From the NCBI GenBank assembly GCA_964572695.1, contig CAZNFS010000001.1, positions 1 through 55,174 on the forward strand: a stretch of DNA of 55,174 bases. Reading direction: 5' to 3'. Made by a program: the position numbers and the translations under genes. Positions 27,539 to 38,538 of the stretch are shown here, in pieces. This DNA is from an uncultured Desulfobacteraceae bacterium (lineage in GTDB: Bacteria > Desulfobacterota > Desulfobacteria > Desulfobacterales > CAZHA01). Under the pieces are notes generated by a model. The model did not search any database. It was given only the letters and a program-made list of their open reading frames with translations, and was not told the origin of the DNA. Each line of letters begins with the position of its first letter. Position 1 is the stretch's first letter.

Positions 27539-28369
27539 TTATGCTGGAGCCGCGGCTTTGATTTTTATCGGCTGTGCTACAATACGATTGGTATCGTTTA
27601 AATCCATCGATACAAAGCCTGGAAACCGTTTGTGGCGTTTCAGGTAATCGATTACATGTTTAAGACTTTTATATTTTCGCGGATAGTTGCCAAATCCCAA
27701 TTTTATTTCTTTGATTCGATTAAAAGTGAAGAGTGTAATACCCATGTCCGGGTCCACCTGGATTCCCTTAATCCGTTTGTTGGGAAGTACACCTTTTGCA
27801 TTTTGACCCAGCCGCAGTATGTCCATGACGGCTTTAAAAGACTTGCTGGGTGGTTTGCCTGCAACATTCAGATCGGTGTATTCAAGACCGGTGATGATAG
27901 GGAGATGAAGCGGATCGGAAGATGATTTTTCTTTGAAAATTTCACCCTTGTGATTGATTAGGAGTTTACGGCCGAGATCAATAATGGCCAAGGGTTCATG
28001 TTCCTCGATTCTGATGGAAATCATATCGGGCAGTTCACGACGGACATGCGCCTCGGCAATCCAGGTATGGGCCAAAAGCCGTTTACGCAACATTGAGAGA
28101 TTGACTGAAAGAACATTGATTCCTGTGTTGATTTGGGCCCGGTTGAGAACATCTTTTTTTGAAATTCTCTGGATACCCCGCACCGTTACTTGTTGAGCAC
28201 CAAAGAAGTTACACTGGGTGAGAAAATCGTGACCGAAGACCAGCACAAAGGACATCAACACTAGACCAACAGATCCGGCCCCAATCTTGAGGCATAGGAG
28301 CAGGCGGTTTTGAATCATGCGGTGTCGTTTAGTTGAGCTGCTTTTATAATGATTTTTGCGCATTCTCAT
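27539..28369 (-). CDS. ftsQ: Cell division protein FtsQ (POTRA domain)
   Basis: Single N-terminal TM helix followed by a POTRA-like region. ATGA overlap with the murB stop. Position in the dcw cluster supports the call. Confidence 0.8.
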   Translation of the reverse strand: MRMRKNHYKSSSTKRHRMIQNRLLLCLKIGAGSVGLVLMSFVLVFGHDFLTQCNFFGAQQVTVRGIQRISKKDVLNRAQINTGINVLSVNLSMLRKRLLAHTWIAEAHVRRELPDMISIRIEEHEPLAIIDLGRKLLINHKGEIFKEKSSSDPLHLPIITGLEYTDLNVAGKPPSKSFKAVMDILRLGQNAKGVLPNKRIKGIQVDPDMGITLFTFNRIKEIKLGFGNYPRKYKSLKHVIDYLKRHKRFPGFVSMDLNDTNRIVAQPIKIKAAAPA

Positions 28370-29316
28370 GCACCCACGATTTTAACTTCAGGTTCAAGAT
28401 CAACGTCATATTTTGCGGATACGGCGTTGCGAGCCGTTGCCATCAAGGCTATAAAATCGGCGGCAGTTGCCTTGCCGGTGTTTATAAAGAAATTGGCGTG
28501 TTTGGCAGAAATCGTGGCACCCCCAATCGATTTCGTTTTGAGTCCGGCGCGATCGATAAGTTCGCCCGCTGTTCTTCCTTTGAGCGGGTTTCTAAACACG
28601 CAACCGGTACTCAAAGCACCGACGGGCTGCTGTTGCCGTCGTTTTCGAAGAATTTGATCCGCTTCACGGCGTAACTTTTGAGCGCCGGAATGCTGAAGGT
28701 CAAAATGGCCTTCCAAAATCACTCGAGAACCGGGATGGATTGCGTTATCAGTTTGGGACCAGGTGAGTTTGCGATACGAGAAAAAGAGCTGCTCCCGGGG
28801 GAGTATTTTAATTTTTCCAGAGGGAAGCAGGACCTTTACCGCCTTGAGAACTTTGCCCACCGATCCATGGGATGTGCCGGCATTGGCCGCAATGCATCCA
28901 CCGATTGTTCCGGGAATACCGAGCGCAAAATTCAATCCTTTGAAGCCATTTTTAATGGCATAATTACATAGTGAGGGCATCGGGACTCCGGCCAGGGCGC
29001 AAACAATGACACCCTGCGGGTTTTTTTCCAATACCTTGATTTCATTTTGGCAGCGGGCCAGGCTGATAACCAGGCCTTTAATACCCCCATCCCTGACCAG
29101 GAGATTGGTACCGTTTCCGATGATAAGATAGGAAATTGAATGCTTAACCGACCATTGAACAATCCTAATCAGATCTTGAAGGTTTTCCGGAACAATAAAG
29201 GCTTCCGCAGGACCGCCAATGCGCACCGATGTATGCTTTGCCATCGGTTCACTGAAGCTGACGGATGGACCCAGATTGCTTACGAGCCATTTATGAGAAT
29301 TTTCGTCGAGTGCCAT
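28366..29316 (-). CDS. murB: UDP-N-acetylenolpyruvoylglucosamine reductase
   Basis: FAD-binding PCMH-type N-terminus (VRIGGPAEAFIVPE, IIGNGTNLLV) and C-terminal MurB domain (GGATISAKHANFFIN). Confidence 0.9.
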   Translation of the reverse strand: MALDENSHKWLVSNLGPSVSFSEPMAKHTSVRIGGPAEAFIVPENLQDLIRIVQWSVKHSISYLIIGNGTNLLVRDGGIKGLVISLARCQNEIKVLEKNPQGVIVCALAGVPMPSLCNYAIKNGFKGLNFALGIPGTIGGCIAANAGTSHGSVGKVLKAVKVLLPSGKIKILPREQLFFSYRKLTWSQTDNAIHPGSRVILEGHFDLQHSGAQKLRREADQILRKRRQQQPVGALSTGCVFRNPLKGRTAGELIDRAGLKTKSIGGATISAKHANFFINTGKATAADFIALMATARNAVSAKYDVDLEPEVKIVGA

Positions 29317-29323
29317 AAGAAAT

Positions 29324-30694
29324 TCAGACCCAATCTTTTAGAACTTTTTGGCCGACGTGCCAAACATCACCGGCTCCGAGTGTCAGAAGAATATCACCTT
29401 GCTTTAGAATCTTTTTCAAATGCATTGCAGCTGTTTCAAAATTCTCCATATAAAGTACGTGTTTGTGCCCATGGGCCCGAATCGCCTCATATAAAGCATG
29501 CGCATCCACACCTTCAATTTGCATCTCGCCGGCGGGGTAAATGGGGAGAACCATTAGAATGTCGGATTGATAAAATGCACGCGTAAACTCGTTAAACAGT
29601 GCCTGTGTGCGGGTATAGCGATGGGGTTGAAATACGATCACTTTGCGGCGATTGGGCCAGCTTTCCTTGATGGCCTGCAATGTGGTTTTGATTTCTGTGG
29701 GGTGATGTCCGTAATCATCCACTACAGTAATCCCTTTTTGGCGGCCTTTGACCTCGAGACGTCGCTGGACACCTTCGAGGCCTTCAAGCGCAGCCTTGAT
29801 CACATCAAAGGGGATATCAAGTTCGGTTCCGACAGCGATGCTGGCCAAGGCGTTATAGATATTGTGAAGACCGGGAAGATTCAGAGTGACATTGCCGATC
29901 TTGCTTCCTTTGTGATGACATAGGAAACGGCTGGTTAGTCCTTTATATTCGATTGCGCGTGCTTGAAAATCGGCCTGGGCGCTCAGTCCGTAAGTTGTGT
30001 ATCGCTTTTTGATCCTGGGAATAAGATCCTGTACCGGTTCGTTGTCGAGACACAGGACCGCCAATCCGTAAAAGGGGATTTTGTCGATGAAATCAAAAAA
30101 AACCGCCTTAATCGCATCGAGATCATTATAATAATCGAGATGTTCACGATCGATATTGGTAACCACGGCGATGGTCGGAGAGATCTTTAAAAAGGAACCG
30201 TCACTTTCGTCGGCCTCGGCAACAATAAATTCACCTTGGCCGAGCTGGGCATTGGAATCGGTACTTTTTAACTTGCCCCCAATCACGACCGTCGGATCGA
30301 GCCCGCTCTGATTGAGAACAGATGCGACAATGGATGTCGTCGATGTTTTACCGTGCGCACCCGCTATGGCGATGCTGTATTTGAGCCGCATCAGCTCGGC
30401 CAGCATTTCGGCCCGGGGTATTACCGGTGTGGCGGCCTTTTGGGCGGCGAGAACTTCAGGATTTCCCGAACTTATGGCTGAAGAGGTGACGATGACATCG
30501 GCTCCTTTGATCTGATTGAAACGATGCCCCTTATAGATGGTAGCCCCCATGGTTTTTAGTCGATCGGTAATGGCCGATGCTTTAATATCCGATCCCGACA
30601 CCTTATACCCAAGATTGATAAGGAGCTCGGCGATACCGCTCATTCCAATCCCGCCAACGCCGACGAAATGAATATGATATTTTTTTTGATACAT
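29324..30694 (-). CDS. murC: UDP-N-acetylmuramate--L-alanine ligase
   Basis: HFVGVGGIGMSGIAE and AGAHGKTSTTS. The start was trimmed to the ATG at 30694 to remove overlap with murG. Confidence 0.9.
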   Translation of the reverse strand: MYQKKYHIHFVGVGGIGMSGIAELLINLGYKVSGSDIKASAITDRLKTMGATIYKGHRFNQIKGADVIVTSSAISSGNPEVLAAQKAATPVIPRAEMLAELMRLKYSIAIAGAHGKTSTTSIVASVLNQSGLDPTVVIGGKLKSTDSNAQLGQGEFIVAEADESDGSFLKISPTIAVVTNIDREHLDYYNDLDAIKAVFFDFIDKIPFYGLAVLCLDNEPVQDLIPRIKKRYTTYGLSAQADFQARAIEYKGLTSRFLCHHKGSKIGNVTLNLPGLHNIYNALASIAVGTELDIPFDVIKAALEGLEGVQRRLEVKGRQKGITVVDDYGHHPTEIKTTLQAIKESWPNRRKVIVFQPHRYTRTQALFNEFTRAFYQSDILMVLPIYPAGEMQIEGVDAHALYEAIRAHGHKHVLYMENFETAAMHLKKILKQGDILLTLGAGDVWHVGQKVLKDWV

Positions 30695-30746
30695 GACCTG
30701 CCTTAAAATCACTTCCGTTTTTTTGACAATTTCAGCACCACCACCG

Positions 30747-31853
30747 TCAACCCGTGGCTGCCAACCGATAGAGGTCATCTACGATCGTCTCGGCAGCATC
30801 CGGTTTTCCAAAACGCTTTGCCTTTAGCGCCATCTGTTGGATGGCTTCGGGGTGTGAAGCATAATATTCTATCCGTTCAGCCAGTAATTGACCATTCAGT
30901 TCCGCCTCGTGAATCATCTCTGCGGCACCTTTTTCGGTCAAGGCCAGGGCGTTGAGGACCTGGTGATTGTCAGCCGCAAAAGGGTAGGGGATAAAAATAA
31001 CCCCTTTTCCTAAAGCGGTTGTTTCGGCAACGGTGGTTGCCCCGGCGCGACCGATGATCAGATCGGCCTTCAAATATTGATGATCGATGTCATCGAAAAA
31101 TGGTTCAGCGGCATAAGCCAGCCCAAAATCATGATAGGCATCCTTGACAATATTTTCGTCTGCTGCCCCGGTTTGGTGGATGAAAAAAAAATTGTCAGGA
31201 TTCTTTATATGCGGCAATGCCTCAAGCATGGTTTTATTGATGCTGTGGGCGCCCTGGCTGCCACCGACAATCAAGACTGTAAATCGATGATCAGAATCAT
31301 CACACGCTTTGGCCTGCGTGTGGTCGGCACGATTTAAAATCTCTTTTCGAATCGGGTTGCCGGTATAGCGCACCTTCTGAAGATTGAACCTGGATTTAGT
31401 GTCTTGAAAGGAGATATAAATCCTGCGGGCGACCGGCGCCAGGATACGATTGGTAATTCCGGGAAGCAGGTTCTGTTCATGCAAAGCACTTTTGATTCCC
31501 AAAAACCAACCTCCCAGGATGACGGGCCCGGCGGCATAGCTGCCGACACCCAAAATCAGATGCGGCTTGAACCGGTTTAAAATACCGATAGATTGAAACA
31601 ATCCCTGCGGAATCTTAAAAAGGGCCTGCAGCTGTTTCAAAATTCCACGATTCTTGAATCCTTCAACCGTAATCTTGTGATGGCAGTATCCCATTTTTGA
31701 TAAAGCCTGTTCTTCAAAAGGTTTTCCTGTTCCGATAAAAAGGACTCGATTTTCAGCATTACGTTGCATAAATTCCTGGGCGATGGCAATCCCGGGAAAA
31801 AGATGCCCCCCGGTTCCGCCACCGGCAATAACGAGACGCAAGGCTGTAGGCAT
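30747..31853 (-). CDS. murG: Undecaprenyldiphospho-muramoylpentapeptide beta-N-acetylglucosaminyltransferase
   Basis: LVIAGGGTGGHLFPGIAIA. An alternative upstream ATG at 31895 would overlap ftsW by 17 nt. Confidence 0.9.
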   Translation of the reverse strand: MPTALRLVIAGGGTGGHLFPGIAIAQEFMQRNAENRVLFIGTGKPFEEQALSKMGYCHHKITVEGFKNRGILKQLQALFKIPQGLFQSIGILNRFKPHLILGVGSYAAGPVILGGWFLGIKSALHEQNLLPGITNRILAPVARRIYISFQDTKSRFNLQKVRYTGNPIRKEILNRADHTQAKACDDSDHRFTVLIVGGSQGAHSINKTMLEALPHIKNPDNFFFIHQTGAADENIVKDAYHDFGLAYAAEPFFDDIDHQYLKADLIIGRAGATTVAETTALGKGVIFIPYPFAADNHQVLNALALTEKGAAEMIHEAELNGQLLAERIEYYASHPEAIQQMALKAKRFGKPDAAETIVDDLYRLAATG

Positions 31854-31878
31854 CAGCCCGCCTGCGTGATTTTTATGT

Positions 31879-33006
31879 TTAAGCCCGTTTTGCACGAAGC
31901 GCCCGGATATTCATAAGAATTCCGATGGATGCCATGTTCAGCAAAAGGGATGTCCCGCCGTAGCTCAGAAAGGGGAGCGTGAGCCCCTTGGTGGGTAGTA
32001 AACCAAGGGTGACTCCCATGTTCACGATCACCTGCAGGCCAAGGGCACTGGTCAGTCCAAATGCCAGAAATGTTCCGAAAGGATCATCCGCATTGCGAGC
32101 GATGCTGACCCCTCGCCACAATATTAATAAATATAGCCCGATGATCACCATTACGCCCAGAAGTCCGAGCTCTTCTCCAATGACGGAAAAAATAAAATCG
32201 GTATGAGGTTCGGGAAGATAGAACAGCTTCTGATATCCTTTACCAATCCCCGTACCCCAAATACCGCCCGTACCAAAAGCCATCAGAGAGTGAACGATCT
32301 GGTAGCCCTCATCGGCCGGGTATTGCCATGGGTCCAAAAAACTTAAAAGCCGTCGCAGGCGATATTTAGCACTTATCAATAGCCAGTAGGCCACCGGGAG
32401 AATCGCAACCAATGATGCAGAGAGATGCGTGAAGCGAACGCCCCCAACAAACAGTAAGATCCAGGTTATGGCACCCAGGATAATAGCGGAGCCGAAATCC
32501 GGCTGAACCAGAATAAGGATACAAAATGGGGCCAGAACTAGTAAGTGCGGGAGAAAACCAATCGAAAAGAGCCGAATATTTTCTTGTTTCTTGTTCAGAG
32601 AGTGAGCCATGTATACGATCAGAGCAAAGCGCGCAAATTCAGAAGGCTGAAAAGAAATCGGGCCCAGGCGTAACCAGCGGGTTGAACCACCGGCCGAAAG
32701 TCCATATTCTGAAAAGAGCACCGCAACGAGCAATCCGAGCGCAAGGGCAATCAGCGGATATGCCAAATACCGGAAAAAGCGGTAGGGGAAATGCCGGCAT
32801 AGAACAAGTGTGATAATTCCAATCAGTGCAAAAAGAGCCTGCTTTTTTAAAAAAAAGTATCCACTCCCGAATTTATTGAAGGCCAAGGCATAACTGGCGC
32901 TATAAATCATTACGATACCGACTCCCACCAGGAAAAGAACCGGGAAAAGAAGACCGACATCGTATCCGGTGTAAAAATTTTTAGGTTCTGATTCAGTTTT
33001 TTCCAT
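31879..33006 (-). CDS. ftsW: SEDS-family peptidoglycan glycosyltransferase FtsW
   Basis: Polytopic membrane protein with PEPHTDFIFSVIGEELG. The start was trimmed to the ATG at 33006, a 14-nt overlap with the murD end. Confidence 0.9.
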   Translation of the reverse strand: MEKTESEPKNFYTGYDVGLLFPVLFLVGVGIVMIYSASYALAFNKFGSGYFFLKKQALFALIGIITLVLCRHFPYRFFRYLAYPLIALALGLLVAVLFSEYGLSAGGSTRWLRLGPISFQPSEFARFALIVYMAHSLNKKQENIRLFSIGFLPHLLVLAPFCILILVQPDFGSAIILGAITWILLFVGGVRFTHLSASLVAILPVAYWLLISAKYRLRRLLSFLDPWQYPADEGYQIVHSLMAFGTGGIWGTGIGKGYQKLFYLPEPHTDFIFSVIGEELGLLGVMVIIGLYLLILWRGVSIARNADDPFGTFLAFGLTSALGLQVIVNMGVTLGLLPTKGLTLPFLSYGGTSLLLNMASIGILMNIRALRAKRA

Positions 33007-34375
33007 TTGATAAAAACTTATTTTTGAGATGATCAACTGCTTGGCAATATGTATCGCCCCTGTGAGCATAATTCGAATACATGTCGAAACTTGCACAGCC
33101 GGGAGATAAAAGGACGACATCATCAACCGAGGCATACCGATGTGCTGAAAAGACCGCATCTTCCATCGATGCCGCCAGTTTGAATCCGCCCGGGCAAACC
33201 GGCCCAAGGATCGATTTTATCTCGTGGATAGCTTCGCCCATAATAATAAGCTTTTTGGTATGCGTCCGGATTAGTTTTTTCAACTTTCCAAAATCGCCGC
33301 CTTTGTTCTGCCCCCCTAAGATCAGCACCACCGGTTTTTTGAAACTCTTTAGTGCCCCGGCCACCGCGCTTATATTGGTCGCTTTGGAGTCATTGAAATA
33401 GCGAACCTTGTTTATGGTCTCCACATATTGCAAACGATGGGAGAGACCTTTAAACGTGTTTATTCCCTTTTGAATCCCTTTAAATGATCCCCCGGCGGCA
33501 AGGGCGGTTACACCCGCGGCGGCGACGTTTTCAGTGTTATGCCGACCCAACAAATTCACCGCAGAGCGGTCAATGGACATTTCTTTGGCTTTAAACCGAA
33601 AAATGATATGATCCTTCGTAATAATTGCACCCGATTCGGTTCCTTCGGAAGCATTAAAATAGATTCTTTGACTCTTAACCCGCCGGTCTGCCATACGGAT
33701 GTGCGGGTCGGCCTCATTCAATATGGCGGTATCGTTTTCAGTTTGATTTTCAAAGATGCGGAGTTTGGCGCTGACGTAATCACGAATATCGGCATAGCGG
33801 TCCAGATGATCATCTGCGATGTTGAGGAGCACACCGATTTTAGGCCTGAATTTAATAATCGTGTCGAGTTGAAAACTGCTGATTTCGGCGACAACCACTT
33901 GTACTTGCTCCTTGCGGTGCACATGCCCGATTAAGGGATTGCCGATATTACCTCCCACAAACACGTTAAAACCCGATTCGGTCAACATCTGACCCAGCAG
34001 GACCGTAGTGGTGGTCTTTCCGTTTGTTCCGGTCACCGCAATGATCGGTTTATGAATAAAGCGGGCGGCCAGTTCTATTTCTCCTATGACGGGGATCCCT
34101 TTTGCGCGTGCCGTATTAATCGGTTTGATCGTATGCGGTACACCCGGGCTGATAACGATCAAATCCGCCTTTTCAAAGGTTTCGCGTTTATGCCCGCCAA
34201 GTTCTAATCTGATACCGGATGGGGCGAGTTGTGATAAAAACGGGTGGAGCTGTTCCTCATCCGCCGTATCGGTCACCGTGACCCTGGCCTGCATGGCGTT
34301 CAGGAATTTAGCGGTTTCAAGACCCGTGATTCCCAGCCCTACGACCAGCGTATTTTTATGGGCAAGCTGCATCAT
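32993..34375 (-). CDS. murD: UDP-N-acetylmuramoylalanine--D-glutamate ligase
   Basis: VVGLGITGLETAKFL Rossmann N-terminus and [11 protein letters not shown]-loop. Confidence 0.9.
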   Translation of the reverse strand: MMQLAHKNTLVVGLGITGLETAKFLNAMQARVTVTDTADEEQLHPFLSQLAPSGIRLELGGHKRETFEKADLIVISPGVPHTIKPINTARAKGIPVIGEIELAARFIHKPIIAVTGTNGKTTTTVLLGQMLTESGFNVFVGGNIGNPLIGHVHRKEQVQVVVAEISSFQLDTIIKFRPKIGVLLNIADDHLDRYADIRDYVSAKLRIFENQTENDTAILNEADPHIRMADRRVKSQRIYFNASEGTESGAIITKDHIIFRFKAKEMSIDRSAVNLLGRHNTENVAAAGVTALAAGGSFKGIQKGINTFKGLSHRLQYVETINKVRYFNDSKATNISAVAGALKSFKKPVVLILGGQNKGGDFGKLKKLIRTHTKKLIIMGEAIHEIKSILGPVCPGGFKLAASMEDAVFSAHRYASVDDVVLLSPGCASFDMYSNYAHRGDTYCQAVDHLKNKFLSNGKN

Positions 34376-34387
34376 TTTGGCGGTGCC

Positions 34388-35467
34388 TTATCTCAGTTTC
34401 AGGGTGCTCATCGACAGCAGCGCCAGCGCGATGGCAATGATCCAGAAACGAACAATTACTTTAGGTTCCGACCATCCTTTCAGTTCAAAATGATGGTGCA
34501 GCGGCGCCATTCTGAAGATGCGCCGCCCATTGGTCATTTTGAAAAACCCCACCTGAAAGATGACCGAAAGAGCCTCGACCACAAAAAGGCCGCCTACGAT
34601 TGCCAGCAGTATCTCATGTTTGGTGATAACAGCGACGGTGCCCAGCGCACCTCCCAGGGCTAGCGATCCGACATCTCCCATGAAAATTTGAGCCGGATAC
34701 GTGTTAAACCATAAAAATCCCAAACCCGCACCGGCTAAAGCTCCGCAGAAAACCGCCATTTCACCACCGCCGACCACATGGTTGATCTGAAGATATTGTG
34801 CGAATTTGAAATGTCCGGTCACATAGGCCAAAACCATATAGGTCGATGCGGCGATAATAACCGGGCCGATGGCAAGACCATCAAGCCCATCGGTCAAGTT
34901 GACGGCGTTTGAAGCGCCCACAATGACGAATACGGCAAAAAAGATATAACCCGCTCCCAGATCGGGGGAAACCTTTTTGAAAAAAGGCAACGTCACGTTG
35001 GTATGGAAGTCCGGGTTTGAATACACCAGTATTCCGGTGAGAAGCGCGATAATGCTTTGCAGCAGGAATTTGGTTTTTACGTTTAAGCCTTTGTTCCTCC
35101 TTTTTATCTGCATGAGGTAGTCGTCGCTAAATCCAATCGCCGCCAGACCGAGCGTGTTTAAAAAGACGATCCACACGTAATGATTGGACAGATCAGCCCA
35201 CAAAAGCGTCGAAATTACAATTGCGCCGACAATTAGAATTCCACCCATGGTTGGCGTGCCCGCTTTTTCATGATGAGTTTGAGGACCGTCCTGCCTGATA
35301 TACTGTCCAATTTGAAGTTCGTGTAAGCGCCGGATGACCCAGGGACCGAACAGGAAACAGATTAAAAACGCAGTCAAACTGGCATAGATGGCTCTAAAGG
35401 TAATGTATCGAAATACATTAAAAGCCGATATTGTTGTATGGAGCGGATATAATAGGTGATAAAGCAT
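34388..35467 (-). CDS. mraY: Phospho-N-acetylmuramoyl-pentapeptide transferase
   Basis: [13 protein letters not shown] and APLHHHFE motifs, 359 aa, 10 TM segments. Confidence 0.95.
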   Translation of the reverse strand: MLYHLLYPLHTTISAFNVFRYITFRAIYASLTAFLICFLFGPWVIRRLHELQIGQYIRQDGPQTHHEKAGTPTMGGILIVGAIVISTLLWADLSNHYVWIVFLNTLGLAAIGFSDDYLMQIKRRNKGLNVKTKFLLQSIIALLTGILVYSNPDFHTNVTLPFFKKVSPDLGAGYIFFAVFVIVGASNAVNLTDGLDGLAIGPVIIAASTYMVLAYVTGHFKFAQYLQINHVVGGGEMAVFCGALAGAGLGFLWFNTYPAQIFMGDVGSLALGGALGTVAVITKHEILLAIVGGLFVVEALSVIFQVGFFKMTNGRRIFRMAPLHHHFELKGWSEPKVIVRFWIIAIALALLSMSTLKLR

Positions 35468-35481
35468 GGTTTTATTTTCTG

Positions 35482-38400
35482 TCAGTTGTTATCGGCCATC
35501 TCGGTGTCGGCCCAAGTTTGCAGGTCCGCCACAATCTGTTCCATCTGCATTCCGCGCGACCCCTTTACCAGAATCCAGTCACCTGAATGCAGCCAGGCAG
35601 TGAGATCCTTAACGACAAACGCTTTGTCTCCCGTTACGATATCTGCGGGGTTCATCTTTTTACTGCGCGCTCCCCCAGCAACTATTTCGCAATGGGTACC
35701 GGTCGCATAAAGTCTTGCCAGACCGGCCTGAGCTGCTAAGCTGCCGACTTCCCGATGCAGCGTCTCGGCATACGATCCCAGTTCAAGCATGTCACCTGCG
35801 ACAAAGACCGCGCGCTGTTTCCCTTTAAAAGACACAAGCGTCTCTAATGCGGCAGCCATCGATTGGGGGTTCGCATTGTAGGTATCATCAATGATATGGA
35901 TTTCTTTTTTGGTTTTGATAATGTTCATCCGGCCGCGGACCGGTTCAACACTTTCCAGGCCGCGCTTTATTTCCGGCAGTGAGAGTCCCAGGTGATGGCC
36001 GACAGCGGCGGCCGCCAACGCATTTGGAACCATAAACCGCCCGGGTATCCGTAATGTGATCGCTATTTCTGCCTGAGGTGATTTTAAAATGAATGCGGTT
36101 CCTTGCCGGGTGCCTCGAATGGAATGGGCGCGTATCGAAGCGTTCTCAGAAAGTCCAAAAAACAGAACCGGTTGATTTGTTTTTTGAGCGAGTCGCACCA
36201 GGCGTGGGTCGTCAGCATTTAAGATGGCAGTCCCGCCGGGTGTCAGTTTCTCAAGGAGTTCGCCTTTGGCCTGCAAAACACCTTCGACCGAACCCAGACC
36301 TTCAAGATGAACCGGGCCGATATTGGTAATCAGACCGATTTGGGGGCTGCATATTTCAGCTAATTGGCTGATTTCCCCGGGGTGATTGATACCTAACTCC
36401 AAGACGGCCCACTGATGCAAAGGGTTTAGTTTTAGCAACGTCAGCGGCAGTCCGATTTCATTATTAAAATTGCCGACAGGGGATAATACTTGATGTCGCT
36501 GGGAGACAACCGCAGAAGTCAATCGTCGTGTCGTCGTCTTGCCATTTGATCCGGTGATTGCCACGGTGGAAATCCCCGCCCATCGACGATTAAAGGCGGC
36601 CAGATCTCCCAGGGCTTTGGTGGTGTCTTTTACGGCGATACAGGAAATTCCCTTCGCCTTCCACTCCGTGGTGGGGAACGCAGCGAACCGGCTTTTATCG
36701 ATCAATACCCCTGTTATACCCTGCGCAATTACATCGGATACAAACGTATGCCCGTCATGGGTCAAACCCTTGATCGCAATGAAGAGGCCATGCGGATTGA
36801 TCCGACGCGAATCAATCGAAATACTTTTGAAAGATCGACTTTCGTCTCCACTGACCAGCTGCCCTTTGGTTGCGCTCAGGATTCCCGCGGTGCTCCATGG
36901 AAAGGGCTGCGCTTGCGTTAGCGGATGACCGGAATCTTGATCTGACCGTGATACCATCTGGGTGTGCTTTGCAGGGTCGGATGAAAGCGCCTCTATGGCC
37001 ATGGCACGATCGTCAAACGGTTTTTTTTGCGTGCCGATGATCTGATAGGGTTCATGCCCTTTTCCGGCGATCAAGACAATGTCGTTTGGCCCTGAGGCGT
37101 CGAGCCCCAACTGAATGGCCTTTTTGCGGTCCGGTTCGATCATATACGCCTTTTCTTGCAGCCCTGATCGGAGTTCGCCTTGTGAATATTTACGACTGCC
37201 GGCCTTTCGAATCCCTTGGGTGATGTGATCAATGATTGCCAGGGGATCTTCGGTTCGAGGATTGTCCGAGGTGATAATTGCCAGATCGCAAAAGCGACCC
37301 GCAATTTTTCCCATTTGAGGCCTTTTCTGCTTGTCCCGGTCGCCTCCGCAGCCGAAGATACACGTCATCTTACCAACAGCCATGGATTTTAAGGCCGAGA
37401 GAACATTTTTCAGCGCATCCGGTGTGTGAGCGTAATCGACAAAAACGAATCTTCCATGGGTATCGGGGATCCTCTCCAGGCGGCCGGGAATGGTGGTTTG
37501 CGATTCGATCCCCGAGCGGATGATCTTCGGTGGAAGATGGAGGGCCAGACCAACACCGGTGGCACAGAGGATATTTTCAGCATTATGACGTCCTAAAAGT
37601 GTTGTATCGATGTTAAACACACCTGCAGGCGTTTTGATGCTTCCACAAACCCCTCTCAGATCGTATCGGAGGTGATGAGCGCTAATACTGTGGTAGTCAG
37701 AATATCCGAAAGTAAGACTATCTAGCGCGAGTTCTCTGATCAGTTCTTGTCCGCGGGCATCATTTCCGTTTATAACCGCTTGCGCCCGGCTGGCTTTGGG
37801 ACCTGAAACAAGATGCTCTGAAAACAGGCGTTTTTTACAATTCCAGTATTGATCCATTTCTTTGTGATAATCCAAATGGTCTTGACTCAGATTCGTAAAA
37901 ACACCCACATCCATCCAGCAGTAATCGATGCGGTTCAAATCGATGGCATGCGATGATACTTCCATAATGACATGGGTGATGCCCTCGCAGACCATGTCAT
38001 TCAAAATTCTTTGAAGATCCAAGGCTTCGGGAGTTGTGTTGGCACTGGGAAACTCTTTTCCGGCATAACGATAATTTACGGTACCGATAACACCTGTCGC
38101 CAAGCCGGCTTTTTTTAGGATGCTTTCAACGAGATAGGTGGTGGTTGTTTTACCGTTTGTCCCGGTGATGCCGATGATAAATAACTTTTGGGAAGGGTTC
38201 TGGTAGAACTGTGTCGCCAATGCCGCCAGCGCCTTACGGGTATTTTCAACCTGAATAACCGGTGCGTCGCTGTGGACCGGTTTTTGTGACAAAATGAGCG
38301 CCGCCCCCCGCTTAACGGCCTGGCCGATAAAATCATGCCCATCGGCTGCAAGCCCGGGGATGGCCACAAAAAGACCGTTCGGCTGCACCTCCTGAGCCCG

Positions 38401-38538
38401 GTAGTGGATGGAGCCGATGTCCAGATCCATTCCGAATGAACCATCAACCCCTTGCTGTGCCGCACGATGATCGGCAGAAGGCGATTTGAATTTGGCGGCC
38501 GTGGGGGTTAACGTTTCAAGCAAGTGTGATAGCCTCAT
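35482..38538 (-). CDS. murE/murF: Fused MurE (meso-DAP-adding ligase) and MurF (D-Ala-D-Ala-adding ligase), one 1018-aa ORF
   Basis: The N-terminal half has [19 protein letters not shown] and the DNPR motif ([10 protein letters not shown]). A linker of about 28 aa spans aa 519-546 (nt 36901-36984). The second half is a Mur ligase with [10 protein letters not shown] and DDTYNANP. No stop or frameshift separates the halves. Confidence 0.9.
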   Translation of the reverse strand: MRLSHLLETLTPTAAKFKSPSADHRAAQQGVDGSFGMDLDIGSIHYRAQEVQPNGLFVAIPGLAADGHDFIGQAVKRGAALILSQKPVHSDAPVIQVENTRKALAALATQFYQNPSQKLFIIGITGTNGKTTTTYLVESILKKAGLATGVIGTVNYRYAGKEFPSANTTPEALDLQRILNDMVCEGITHVIMEVSSHAIDLNRIDYCWMDVGVFTNLSQDHLDYHKEMDQYWNCKKRLFSEHLVSGPKASRAQAVINGNDARGQELIRELALDSLTFGYSDYHSISAHHLRYDLRGVCGSIKTPAGVFNIDTTLLGRHNAENILCATGVGLALHLPPKIIRSGIESQTTIPGRLERIPDTHGRFVFVDYAHTPDALKNVLSALKSMAVGKMTCIFGCGGDRDKQKRPQMGKIAGRFCDLAIITSDNPRTEDPLAIIDHITQGIRKAGSRKYSQGELRSGLQEKAYMIEPDRKKAIQLGLDASGPNDIVLIAGKGHEPYQIIGTQKKPFDDRAMAIEALSSDPAKHTQMVSRSDQDSGHPLTQAQPFPWSTAGILSATKGQLVSGDESRSFKSISIDSRRINPHGLFIAIKGLTHDGHTFVSDVIAQGITGVLIDKSRFAAFPTTEWKAKGISCIAVKDTTKALGDLAAFNRRWAGISTVAITGSNGKTTTRRLTSAVVSQRHQVLSPVGNFNNEIGLPLTLLKLNPLHQWAVLELGINHPGEISQLAEICSPQIGLITNIGPVHLEGLGSVEGVLQAKGELLEKLTPGGTAILNADDPRLVRLAQKTNQPVLFFGLSENASIRAHSIRGTRQGTAFILKSPQAEIAITLRIPGRFMVPNALAAAAVGHHLGLSLPEIKRGLESVEPVRGRMNIIKTKKEIHIIDDTYNANPQSMAAALETLVSFKGKQRAVFVAGDMLELGSYAETLHREVGSLAAQAGLARLYATGTHCEIVAGGARSKKMNPADIVTGDKAFVVKDLTAWLHSGDWILVKGSRGMQMEQIVADLQTWADTEMADNN

